Part shown: positions 46,721-56,463 of the stretch, in pieces
How positions within the stretch are numbered: the first letter of the stretch is position 1
Layout of the letters: each line of letters opens with the position of its first letter
Assembly (NCBI GenBank): GCA_963667845.2
Contig: CAXXVL010000002.1
Location: forward strand, 96,001-160,000
DNA from: Smithellaceae bacterium
Lineage (GTDB): Bacteria > Desulfobacterota > Syntrophia > Syntrophales > Smithellaceae
Reading direction: 5' to 3'
DNA: 64,000 nt
Notes under the pieces: model-generated
Database searches by the model: none
What the model was told of the DNA's origin: nothing
The model's input: the letters and a program-made list of their open reading frames with translations, nothing else
Position numbers and translations under genes: made by a program

Positions 46721-49036
46721 ATGTCTGTAAATCAGAAAGTATTGATGGTGTGTTTTTCACTTCTTCTTTTTTCCTGTGCAGCCACGCCCGTTCTTACCGG
46801 GAAAGGCGATATGTCCCGGGAAATTAAACAAAAAGCACCCGCAATGGTTAGAGTAGATATTTCTATGGATGGACGGTATGTTCTATCGGGTGGCATGAAT
46901 TCTTTTATTCTTTGGGATATTATTCAAGGAAAAAAATTACAAACATTTACTCATGAAGGTTTTATCTCTTATCCAATTGCGGTCACTTTTTCCCCTGACG
47001 GAAAATATTTTGCTTCCGGCGGCAAAGGGGCAAAACTTTGGAATTTGGGCACGAGACAGGAAACGCTGACATTTGATGATAGTATAGCTGTCTCCATGGC
47101 TTTTTCTCCAGACGGAAAATATTTTTTATGTGGGGGACCTGGTCCCCTGAATTTTTTTGCTGCACCTACCCCCACAATGAAAATCTTTGATGTGGCCACG
47201 GGAGAGGTAGTCAAAGACTTTAAGTTACGAGAACCCGGCGATTCTGTTGCCTATTCTCCTGATGGGAAATATGTCTTATCCGGCAGTTATCAAGGCAAAA
47301 TGACCCTCTGGAATGCGGCGTCGGGGAATCCTCTAAGAACGGTGCCGGTGGTAAGCGATAGCTTTCTCAGGACTCCTGTTGTACGAGCTGTTTCTTTTTC
47401 AGCAGACGGTCAATATATCTTGTCCGGCGGAGGAGATAATAGCGTCAGATTGTGGAATGCGAAAGATTTATCACAGATAAAGACATTCGTTGGTCATACA
47501 GGTATAAATGGAATCTGGTCCGTTGCTTTTTCACCGGATGGCAAATATGCCTTATCAGGGGGGTTTGATAGTCAGGTAAAAATCTGGGATTTAGCATCAG
47601 GGTCTCAATGGAAAGATCTTGTCGGACACACCACTATGAATGGTGCCACGGCTAAATTTTTTCCCAACGGCAAGTATGTCGTATCCGCAGGCGACGCCTC
47701 TACAAGAATATGGGATGCAACCACAGGCGAAGAAATTGCCTCTATGATTGCCTTTGAAGACGGGGAGTGGATTATTACAACAAGCAATGGCTATTATACG
47801 TCCTCCCCTAAAGGCGACCAGTATCTTAGCGTTACAGTCGGAGGTAGACAATACAGCACGGAGCAGCTGCGGGAAAGTTTTTACCGTCCCGACCTGGTTC
47901 AGGTTGCACTCGGGGGCGGGTCGTTGAAGGAACTCAAAAAAGTGGCAGATGTAAAACCACCTCCGGTGGTAGCCGTTGTTGATACACCGAAAAGCATTGA
48001 TCAGAGTGACGCCGCCATCACTTTAAAGATTACCGATGCCGGTGGTGGGATCGGCGACATTCGGCTTTATCTCAACGGCTCTGCAGTTATGCTCGACAGT
48101 GCAAGAGGTGTAAAAGTTATCTCTTCCAATCAAGACGAAATCAAAAAAACATATAAACTGAAACTTTCCAGCGGCGTCAACACAATAAGAGTCATTGCCT
48201 TTAATGCCGACAACACCATGCAAAGCACGGATGTTTTTTATGAAATAACAGCGGCATTCAAAGCCATCGGCAAGCCTTCTCTCTATGCGCTGGTCATCGG
48301 CATCAACGAGTATAAAAATCCCAAGCTCCAACTTAATCATGCTATTGCAGATGCCACACTCTTTGCCGACACACTTCAACAGGGCGCTTTGCCTCTATTT
48401 GAAAAAGTGGAAGTTAAAAAACTTTCTTCCAAAAAAGAGACGACGAGGGAAAACATCTTAAAAGAACTCAAAGCCATGCAGTCCATAAATCCCGACGACT
48501 TATTTGTCTTCTATGTGGCGAGCCACGGCACAGTTGACGACGGCGAGTATTATCTCATTACGTCCAATGTGGGATCAACAAGGACAGAGCGGCTCAAGAC
48601 CGACGCCATCGGTCAGTCCGTATTCAAGGAACTTATCAGTAATATCCCCGCCACCAAAAAGCTGATCATCATAGATACATGCAATGCAGGTGCTTTGGGT
48701 AAAGCCATCCAGGTAACGATGCTGACGAGAGGTATGAGCGAGGACACGGCAATGAAGATCCTGAGCCGTGCGGTGGGATCAACCATCCTTTCGGCATCTA
48801 CTTCAATTCAGGAAGCCTTGGAGGGCTATCAGGGTCATGGATTGTTTACCTACGTGCTTGCAGAAGGATTGCATGGAAAAGCCGACAAAGGGAATACAGG
48901 CTATGTGAAGACGACAGAGCTCGCGGATTATGTGGACAATGAAGTGCCTATCCTTGCCGAGAAGATATTCAAGAAAGCCCAGTATCCTACAATCTCCATC
49001 AGCGGGCAGGCCTTCCCGATAGGAAAGGTGAGGTAA
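46721..49036 (+). CDS. Lipoprotein with WD40 beta-propeller, Ig-like domain and caspase (peptidase C14) domain
   Basis: Lipobox LLFSC; repeated SPDGKY WD40 units; His-Cys dyad ASHG and IDTC; ATG 46721 with aggagg. Confidence 0.9.
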   Translation: MSVNQKVLMVCFSLLLFSCAATPVLTGKGDMSREIKQKAPAMVRVDISMDGRYVLSGGMNSFILWDIIQGKKLQTFTHEGFISYPIAVTFSPDGKYFASGGKGAKLWNLGTRQETLTFDDSIAVSMAFSPDGKYFLCGGPGPLNFFAAPTPTMKIFDVATGEVVKDFKLREPGDSVAYSPDGKYVLSGSYQGKMTLWNAASGNPLRTVPVVSDSFLRTPVVRAVSFSADGQYILSGGGDNSVRLWNAKDLSQIKTFVGHTGINGIWSVAFSPDGKYALSGGFDSQVKIWDLASGSQWKDLVGHTTMNGATAKFFPNGKYVVSAGDASTRIWDATTGEEIASMIAFEDGEWIITTSNGYYTSSPKGDQYLSVTVGGRQYSTEQLRESFYRPDLVQVALGGGSLKELKKVADVKPPPVVAVVDTPKSIDQSDAAITLKITDAGGGIGDIRLYLNGSAVMLDSARGVKVISSNQDEIKKTYKLKLSSGVNTIRVIAFNADNTMQSTDVFYEITAAFKAIGKPSLYALVIGINEYKNPKLQLNHAIADATLFADTLQQGALPLFEKVEVKKLSSKKETTRENILKELKAMQSINPDDLFVFYVASHGTVDDGEYYLITSNVGSTRTERLKTDAIGQSVFKELISNIPATKKLIIIDTCNAGALGKAIQVTMLTRGMSEDTAMKILSRAVGSTILSASTSIQEALEGYQGHGLFTYVLAEGLHGKADKGNTGYVKTTELADYVDNEVPILAEKIFKKAQYPTISISGQAFPIGKVR

Positions 49037-49275
49037 GATTGTCATCAGCAATTGATTGCTCCACGACTTACTTTATTTCAAACGGCATTCAATAAATTTG
49101 GGATCGTCCGATTGGAAACAAAAGATTCCCATCAGATAGTCCGTCTCTCTCAAACTATCCCTAAAGATGCTGAGGGTTCTGCCAAATACTGAGGCCAAAC
49201 GAATCATTGCTTACTCCCGACCGTGTTGGGAAGAGCATCCGACATGGCAAGATGTCTCAATCTGTTTCCCTAAAT

Positions 49276-50454
49276 TTATGTGGCCCGCAGTGCATCTACA
49301 ATCTTCAGCCGTGAGGCGCGCAGCGCCGGCAGCACGCCGCCGATCAATCCCATGGCGAGCGCGAAGATCATCGACTGAACGATGATCCCGGGCGTCAGCG
49401 TAAAACGAAACGCAAGCTCGGAAAACGTCTGGAAGTTCACCGTCGAAATCGTCATGAACTGCATGAATGACGCAAAGAAGAGTCCCGCGCTGCCGCCGAT
49501 AAAACCCAGAAACAGCGACTCGGTCAGGAAAGCGAGCAGGATATTGCGCCTGCGAAAACCCAGGGCCCGAAGCGTGCCGATTTCCGCCGTGCGGTTGGCA
49601 ACAGCGGAATACATGGTAATCATCGCGCCGATGATTGCGCCTATGGAGAAAATGATCGTGAGCGATGTGCCGAGGATGCGCAGGAACTTGGCCATCATCT
49701 CCGACTGATCCAGATAATATTTGTTTTCCCGACGAGCCTCCAGCTTCAGCCGCTGGTCATTTTCAATAAACGCCTTGGCGGCGTCAAAGGCGTCGGGAGT
49801 CTTCAGCTTGAAGATCAGCGAAGAAAAGATGGGACGCCGGAACGCCTGCATGACCTGATCGACATCGCCCCAGATCTCCGAACTGAATCCCGTGTTTCCC
49901 GCATCGAAAATACCCACGACCGTCCAGTTGCGCCCGCCCCAGCTTAACGTCTGCTGCAAGTTCACGCCCTGAAACCTTTTCGCAATGCTGTTGCCGACAA
50001 TGACTTCCATCGACCCCGGACGCAGCATGCGGCCGGCCGCCAGCTGCACCTGGGGCCTAAGCGGCAGGGATTCGGACTGAACGCCGCGGACGATGACGTT
50101 GGAGTGGCTGGAGGTCTTTTCCTCGCCCTGTTTTTTCAGGGCAATCAGAATGACGACTTCCTTGGCGATCATCTGCTGACCGTGGTCACCCGTGGCCACC
50201 TGCGGCATCATCTCGACGATCGAGGCGGCATTGCGGTCGATGCTGCTCATGACTTCCGATGTAGAGCCTTTTCGCACAACGACGACGTTGTTTTGCGAAC
50301 CGGTTTCCACCAGCGTCTTTTGCAGGCCGGCCGCCATCATCAACACCGTGGCAAAAACAAAGACAACAAGCGCCATGCCGGCCACCGTAAGCGTCGTGGT
50401 GAGCCGCCGTTTCCAGAGATTGCGGAAACTATAGGACAGGGGGACGGCCATCAA
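49276..50454 (-). CDS. ABC transporter permease (MacB/FtsX-like)
   Basis: RTAEIGTLRALGF, TES, PALRASRL. Confidence 0.9.
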   Translation of the reverse strand: MMAVPLSYSFRNLWKRRLTTTLTVAGMALVVFVFATVLMMAAGLQKTLVETGSQNNVVVVRKGSTSEVMSSIDRNAASIVEMMPQVATGDHGQQMIAKEVVILIALKKQGEEKTSSHSNVIVRGVQSESLPLRPQVQLAAGRMLRPGSMEVIVGNSIAKRFQGVNLQQTLSWGGRNWTVVGIFDAGNTGFSSEIWGDVDQVMQAFRRPIFSSLIFKLKTPDAFDAAKAFIENDQRLKLEARRENKYYLDQSEMMAKFLRILGTSLTIIFSIGAIIGAMITMYSAVANRTAEIGTLRALGFRRRNILLAFLTESLFLGFIGGSAGLFFASFMQFMTISTVNFQTFSELAFRFTLTPGIIVQSMIFALAMGLIGGVLPALRASRLKIVDALRAT

Positions 50455-51608
50455 CCGATCCTCCTCAAGCCATCGGCGATGCGAATGCGGATGGCGTGCC
50501 GCGTCGGGATAATCGCCGCGAGGAATGCGATGAGAAACGCGGCCGCCAGATCCAGATAAAGTGTATCGCGGGAGACCAGAAACACGGGGAAATATGTGGA
50601 GAGCTGCTGGCCGAAGATACGGGCCGCGGGAAACGTCAGAATCATGCCGACCGCCGCGCCCGTGAACGTGAGCACCAGCGCCTCGCCGAAGATCAAAAAG
50701 GAGATATCGCGTGCGCCGAAACCCAGCGTTTTCATGATTGCATAATCGCCGGTGCGTTCGCGCGTCGTCATCGCCATCGTGTTGGCGACAACGGCCATGA
50801 TGATGAGAATGATAATGAACGACACCATTTGAATCGCCGTGACGATCGCCTCACTCATGGCGATGAAGCCCAGGTTAAAGGCCTTTTCCGTTTCCGTGAG
50901 CGTTTCGGCCTGTGAGTTCTTGAACATATTATCAATGGCCAGAGCCGTATCGGCCGCAATATCGGGCCTCGTTAAACCGATCATGTAGAAGCCGACTTTG
51001 TCGGCAAAGACGGGAGCTATCTTTTTGACCGCTTCATTCAGATAGGCCCATTGAAAGAAGAATTGCGTTTCATCGGCCGTTCGGTCGCGCCCGTGGTAGA
51101 TGCCCCTGAGAACAAAATCCCAGTTGCCCGGATAGATCGTACCCTTGAGCGTAATCGTATCGCCGATTTTCCAGCCATACTTCGCCGCCAGCTTCCGGCC
51201 GGCGACGGCCCCTTTGCGGTCGAACAGAAACGCCTTCTTTTCTTTCTCATTCAGGACAAATTCGGGATAAAGGTTAAAATACGTTGTCGGCTCGACGCAG
51301 AAATTGGGGAAGAAATTTTTTTCATCGATATAGACGCCGCCGAACCAGTTGCCCCAGGAAACGATTTTGACGCCGTCCACCTGACGGATCTTTTCCGCAT
51401 AGGAAATCGGCAGCGCAAAAATTATGGATATGGCATTGCGCGTCACCAGACGAGAAGCCGATGCCGCTTCCGCCCCGGCGTAGAAAGAGCTGATGACCGT
51501 GCGCAACAGGCCAAAGGCCAGGATGGCCACCGCGATACCCAGAATCGTGAGCCCGCTACGCAGTTTATTGTGGAAGGCGTTTCTAAAGAGGATTTTGATC
51601 AGCAGCAT
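50451..51608 (-). CDS. ABC transporter permease (MacB/FtsX-like)
   Basis: NTMAMTTRERT..MKTLGF; start at 51608 overlapping ATPase end. Confidence 0.88.
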   Translation of the reverse strand: MLLIKILFRNAFHNKLRSGLTILGIAVAILAFGLLRTVISSFYAGAEAASASRLVTRNAISIIFALPISYAEKIRQVDGVKIVSWGNWFGGVYIDEKNFFPNFCVEPTTYFNLYPEFVLNEKEKKAFLFDRKGAVAGRKLAAKYGWKIGDTITLKGTIYPGNWDFVLRGIYHGRDRTADETQFFFQWAYLNEAVKKIAPVFADKVGFYMIGLTRPDIAADTALAIDNMFKNSQAETLTETEKAFNLGFIAMSEAIVTAIQMVSFIIILIIMAVVANTMAMTTRERTGDYAIMKTLGFGARDISFLIFGEALVLTFTGAAVGMILTFPAARIFGQQLSTYFPVFLVSRDTLYLDLAAAFLIAFLAAIIPTRHAIRIRIADGLRRIG

Positions 51609-52293
51609 CGTTGAGATACCCTTTGTCCAGATGGCGCAATACTTTGGCACGCTGCGCCGCGCGCGGATCATGCGTAACCATAATGATCGTTTTGCCCATA
51701 TCGCGGTTCAGCCGTTCCATCATGGAAAGGATCTCTTCGGCGGAAACGCGGTCGAGGTCGCCTGTCGGTTCATCGGCCACCAGGATCGTCGGGTCGGTCA
51801 CAATCGCGCGGGCAATGGCCACACGCTGCTGCTCGCCGCCGGACATCTCGCTCGGGTAGTGATCCATCCGGTGCGCGAGGCCCACCATGGAAAGTGCCAT
51901 TTCCGCGTGCTCGTGGCGTTTGTTTTTAGGCAGGGTGGTGAGATGCAGCGGCAGTTCGACATTTTCCACGGCTTTGAGCACGGGGATCAGGTTGTAGAAC
52001 TGAAAAATAAACCCGACGGAATTCGCGCGCCACCCCGCAAGTTCAGTTTCCGTGAGCGTCGTGATATCGATGTCGCCGACATGGATGGAACCCTGATCCA
52101 CTTTATCGATGCCGGCAATAAGATTCAAAAGCGTTGTCTTCCCGGAGCCGGAGGGCCCCATGAGCGCCAGGAACTCTCCTTCGGCAATGTCAAAGGTGAT
52201 ATCATATAAAACAGGCACCACCAGACTTTCCCGGTGATAGCTTTTGAAGACATTCTTGATTTCAACAATCGGTTTCTTTTGTTCAGTCATCAT
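51583..52293 (-). CDS. ABC transporter ATP-binding protein (LolD/MacB-type)
   Basis: GPSGSGKT, MSGGEQQR, ADEPTG, VTHD. Confidence 0.95.
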   Translation of the reverse strand: MMTEQKKPIVEIKNVFKSYHRESLVVPVLYDITFDIAEGEFLALMGPSGSGKTTLLNLIAGIDKVDQGSIHVGDIDITTLTETELAGWRANSVGFIFQFYNLIPVLKAVENVELPLHLTTLPKNKRHEHAEMALSMVGLAHRMDHYPSEMSGGEQQRVAIARAIVTDPTILVADEPTGDLDRVSAEEILSMMERLNRDMGKTIIMVTHDPRAAQRAKVLRHLDKGYLNDAADQNPL

Positions 52294-52333
52294 TTATCAC
52301 TATCCGCTATCACTATCCACCATCCACAATTTT

Positions 52334-53563
52334 TCATCTTTCCGCAATCTTGATCTTCGCCCCGTCTTTCAGGCCCTGGGGTTTCAGCACGACGCGGTCG
52401 CCCGGTTTCAAACCAGCCGTGACCTCCAGCATGTCGCCCAGTTTGACTCCGGTGGTAATCGCCGTCTCGCGGACAATGCCGCCCTGGATAAGATAGACGA
52501 TTTGTTTATCTCGCAGGCTCGCAAGCGCGGCTCCGTTTACGGCCAGCCGGGGCTGCAGCTCTTCGGGTTTGAGTTCGCGCGACAGGAAAGCCACCTTGGC
52601 ACTCATGTCCGGCAGCATACGTGCGTCTTTGTCCAGAAATTTCACTTTGACCAGAACGGTCGCCTTCGAGCGGTCCACGGTGGGAACGACGGCGTGCACG
52701 ACGCCGCGGAAGCGCTTTTCGGGCAAGGCATCGAGTTGAATGCTGCAGGGCTGACCGGCTTTGATGAGCGTAATGCTGGTTTCCGAAACGTCCACTTCCA
52801 CCTGCAGCGATTCCATATCCGCCAGCGTGACGACGGCGGCCTTCGATGTCGCCGACGCGGAAAGCGGCGTGACAATGTCACCCACATCGGCATTTTTGGT
52901 CAGCACGACGCCGTCAAACGGCGCCCGGATCAATGTATAATCGAGGTTGGCTTCGGCGCCCGAAAGAGCGGAGGCCGTTGATTCCACGGCCGCCTGCGCC
53001 GCTTTCACGGCTTCCTGCGATCGCAGATAGCGGGTATGTATCGTGTCGTATTCCTGCTGAGACACATAACCGCCGGCAATCAGTTTTTGGTAACGCTCAT
53101 TCTCCTTCTGGAGATTGTTCCGCTCCGCCATGGCCTGCTTGAGCATTGCCCTGGCGTTGGCCAGATTGGCCGTGACCTGGCCTTTCATGGCGGTAACATC
53201 GGCGCTTTCCATTCGCGCCAGGATTTGCCCTTTTTTTACCAGGCTGCCCTCTTCAACCATTAAATCGGTCAAACGGCCGGTAATTTTTGAAGCGACGGCA
53301 GCTTTGCGCTGAGCAACGATATAGCCGCTGGCATTCAGCACGGACAGAGACTGTGCCGGATAAACGAGCGACACGGTCGTCACGTCCACTGTCGCTGTCG
53401 GCGCAATGACGCCGATCCGATACAGAATGACCCCCAGGACCAGCAAAACAACCAGGCCGGCAATGATCAACGGCTTCTTTTTCCTTCCGGCCGTAACGCT
53501 TTTCTTGGCCGCTTTATCGATTTTGAGCTTGTTTAAATCGTCTTCGGGCATATTCATTCTCAC
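52334..53563 (-). CDS. Periplasmic adaptor (MacA/HlyD-like)
   Basis: TM anchor, VEEGSLVKKGQ, IRAPFDG, coiled coil. Confidence 0.92.
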   Translation of the reverse strand: MRMNMPEDDLNKLKIDKAAKKSVTAGRKKKPLIIAGLVVLLVLGVILYRIGVIAPTATVDVTTVSLVYPAQSLSVLNASGYIVAQRKAAVASKITGRLTDLMVEEGSLVKKGQILARMESADVTAMKGQVTANLANARAMLKQAMAERNNLQKENERYQKLIAGGYVSQQEYDTIHTRYLRSQEAVKAAQAAVESTASALSGAEANLDYTLIRAPFDGVVLTKNADVGDIVTPLSASATSKAAVVTLADMESLQVEVDVSETSITLIKAGQPCSIQLDALPEKRFRGVVHAVVPTVDRSKATVLVKVKFLDKDARMLPDMSAKVAFLSRELKPEELQPRLAVNGAALASLRDKQIVYLIQGGIVRETAITTGVKLGDMLEVTAGLKPGDRVVLKPQGLKDGAKIKIAER

Positions 53564-54032
53564 TTCAGGATGGTTAGAATTACGGGGTTAAACAATATCA
53601 GAACTCTATTTAATTTACCACATGGATAAAAGAGACGGCGCGGCGGTTTGTCCGGTTGGCCGCGGGAAACATCCGACGCATAAGCCGCACTTCGGCTTGG
53701 ACCGGGAAAATACCCGTTCCAGAGTAACCGAGCTCGAAATCCTTCATGTTTCTTTTAATCCTTAACTTTATACCGCCATATTTCAATAATCAGCAGAATT
53801 CTATGTCCTGGCGTGGCGATTTATCTGACAGCAGAAGTATAAGGAGCAATCCTTATTTTAGCAAGAGCGTCCTCTTTGGGGCAGGTATGACGCAGAAAGA
53901 TGCAAGTCAGGTTCCCTTCTATCTATCCCCGTTTCGCAAAACTGAAAGACCGGCTTCTTCTTTATCCGGGGCTTTTCCCTCTCCCCGCGGCAAGCGAGCC
54001 TGATGGGGTGATTCTTCATGATTTTTACCGCC

Positions 54033-54061
54033 TTGACAAGAACCGGACGGCTCGCTAAAGT
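54033..54061 (+). promoter_or_regulatory. sigma70 promoter
   Basis: TTGACA-17-TAAAGT. Confidence 0.55.
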
Positions 54062-54105
54062 ACTGAAAATAATTATCGATCGTTAACAGATTAAGGAGAA
54101 GAGGA

Positions 54106-56259
54106 ATGAATGCGCAAAACGGTAACGAGCAGACTGACCGCTTATCCGGCTTACAGAAATACTGGAATGACTACCTCACGGATTCCGTTCAGAGGTCGAT
54201 TATCTTTACCGACATCCTCCGCAAGCGAGGGAATAACTACATCAAACATATCCGCAGCGGCCAGCCGCCGGTCCTGACATTCAACTACGAGCTGATCCTC
54301 AATGCCAAGAATTTTGAGCGCCCGGCCAATTACGCGCTCGTCCGGATTTCCGACCGCCGCAAACGGGACGTCACGCCCGACAATGATCGTCGCAACAAAA
54401 GCAAGGATCGTCCGACAAAACCCAAGCGGCCCATTGTGATCGTTGACCCGCGCGCCGGACACGGCCCCGGCATCGGCGGCTCCAAGCGCGATTCCGAAAT
54501 CGGCATGGCGCTCGAACACGGCCATCCGGTTTATTTCATCCTGTTTTATACCGAACCGATTCCCGGCCAGACGATGGCGGATGTCATCGGGGCCATGGAA
54601 AGATTTATGGAAAAGATCGTTGAACTTCACCCTTATGCGGATGCCCCCGCCATCATGGGCAACTGTCAGGCAGGGTGGGCCGCGGCGCTGGTGTGCGCCG
54701 ACCGGCCCGATGTAGCCGGGCCGCTGGTCTTAAACGGCGCGCCCCTGTCCTACTGGAGCGGCGTCGCGGGCGTCAATCCCATGCGCTACAAGGGAGGACT
54801 CGCGGGCGGTGTGTGGATCAATTCGTTTTTCAGCGACCTGGGCAACGGCGTCTTCGACGGCGCGAATCTCGTTCTGAACTTTGAGCTTCTGAATCCGGCC
54901 AATACGTTCTGGGGCAAGCAGTACAACGTTTATACGCAGGTGGACACGGAAGAGAAACGCTATCTCGACTTTGAGCGCTGGTGGGGCGGTTTCTTCATGC
55001 TCAACACCGATGAAATTCACTTTATCGTCCGGAATTTGTTCGTGGGGAATAAACTGGAGCGGGGTCAGCTGGAGCTTCGTGAAGGCGAAAGAATCAGCCT
55101 CAAAAATATTGAAAGCCCGATCATCGTTTTCGCGTCGATGGGCGACAACATCACCCCGGCCCAGCAGGCTCTCAACTGGATTCCCCGCGTTTACAGTTCC
55201 ATAGATGATATCAAGCGGCACGGACAGGTCATCATCTACATCATCCACAAAGACATCGGCCATCTCGGAATTTTTGTCGCGGGTTCCGTCGCCAAGAAAG
55301 AGCACAATCAAATTATCGGCAATTTCGACATGATCGATTTCCTGCAGCCGGGTCTCTACGAAATGGTTATCGACGGCGACGTCAAGAGCGGCAAGTTCGA
55401 CACGTCGTTCGAACCGCGGACGTTCGACGCCATTGCCGCGTACGACGACGGAACGGAGGATGAGACGGATTTCAGCGTCGTCTCCAAGGTCTCTGAAGCC
55501 AACGACAGTTTGTACCAGCTCGTGGCGCGGCCGTGGGTAAAGCTCTGGACAACGGAGCTTTCCGCCGAGATCATGCGTTACCTGCATCCCCTGCGCACCC
55601 AGCGGTACTTCTTCGCCGATATCAACCCGCTGATGCGTCCGCTCAAAAATATCGCCTCCATCACGAGGCAGAACCGCAGACCCGCCGGGGCGGACAACCC
55701 TTTCAGCGCTATGGAGAAAGACGTCTCCGGGTACATCGAAAATGTGCTCGGTATTTACCGCGATTACCGCGACCTCACTCAGGAGCTCCTGTTCCAGCAG
55801 ATCTACGGCAATGATTGGCTGCGGCGTTTCTTTCCTCCTCAGCCCCAAGAGCCGCCTGAAGAAACCCCTGCCGATGAGCACGATGACTACGACAAACGCC
55901 TGCGCGCCATCGAAGAAGGAGGGCTCGCCGCCGGTCTCATTCGCGTGTACATGGCCATCGCCAAAATCGGCCGGCAGGTCAAAAGGGCGCATTTTGAAAT
56001 CGGTGAAGAAATCGCCCAGACGCACCGGGTTCTGAGCAAGCTGCGCCCGGCCCAGTTCAAGAAGATCATGCATGAACAGACGGCCATTTTGCAGGCCGAT
56101 GAAGACCGGGCCATTAACGCCCTGTCTGTACTGATCAAGGAAAAGGACGATAGGATGGAGGCTCTGAGCATCGCGCGCAGGCTCTGTCTGGTGGACGGGG
56201 TTTATACGGATGATGAGAAAGCCATGGTGGAAAAGATCCGGAAAGGTCTGAATCTGTAA
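54106..56259 (+). CDS. DUF3141 / PHA-synthase-like alpha/beta hydrolase
   Basis: DPRAGHGPGIGG, GNCQAG nucleophile box, GDNITP, GHLGIF. Confidence 0.85.
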   Translation: MNAQNGNEQTDRLSGLQKYWNDYLTDSVQRSIIFTDILRKRGNNYIKHIRSGQPPVLTFNYELILNAKNFERPANYALVRISDRRKRDVTPDNDRRNKSKDRPTKPKRPIVIVDPRAGHGPGIGGSKRDSEIGMALEHGHPVYFILFYTEPIPGQTMADVIGAMERFMEKIVELHPYADAPAIMGNCQAGWAAALVCADRPDVAGPLVLNGAPLSYWSGVAGVNPMRYKGGLAGGVWINSFFSDLGNGVFDGANLVLNFELLNPANTFWGKQYNVYTQVDTEEKRYLDFERWWGGFFMLNTDEIHFIVRNLFVGNKLERGQLELREGERISLKNIESPIIVFASMGDNITPAQQALNWIPRVYSSIDDIKRHGQVIIYIIHKDIGHLGIFVAGSVAKKEHNQIIGNFDMIDFLQPGLYEMVIDGDVKSGKFDTSFEPRTFDAIAAYDDGTEDETDFSVVSKVSEANDSLYQLVARPWVKLWTTELSAEIMRYLHPLRTQRYFFADINPLMRPLKNIASITRQNRRPAGADNPFSAMEKDVSGYIENVLGIYRDYRDLTQELLFQQIYGNDWLRRFFPPQPQEPPEETPADEHDDYDKRLRAIEEGGLAAGLIRVYMAIAKIGRQVKRAHFEIGEEIAQTHRVLSKLRPAQFKKIMHEQTAILQADEDRAINALSVLIKEKDDRMEALSIARRLCLVDGVYTDDEKAMVEKIRKGLNL

Positions 56260-56263
56260 CCTG

Positions 56264-56364
56264 TAATCAACCACCTCGCAGCAAGCTGTCGAGGTATGAA
56301 ATGAACGTTATTATTTCGCAGCAAGCTGCGGAGAATTGACGTTCGTCCCGCGTGAGTGGGATAT
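56264..56364 (+). repeat. Repeat family A, long (two-hairpin) form
   Basis: Two tcgcagcaagctg cores; near-identical to reverse complement of 6752..6855. Confidence 0.88.
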
Positions 56365-56463
56365 ATAAAAGAAACGGACTTAATGTCCGACCGGCTGATC
56401 CCTGCTGACGATCTTAAGTGAACCCTTCTTCGCAAAGCCGCTGCTCTCACCGCCGCGAAGGTG

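Noticed and set aside
52295..52327. Short tandem repeats (tatcactatcc x2; also ccttga-like units near 61245-61270)
   Set aside because: Too short and degenerate to assign function; no spacers, not CRISPR
53610..53747. 45-aa minus-strand small ORF upstream of the efflux operon
   Set aside because: Weak RBS and no recognisable features
54730..56274. 514-aa minus-strand ORF (and similar long antisense ORFs at 1636, 35398, 20083)
   Set aside because: Codon-bias shadows of real genes on the opposite strand
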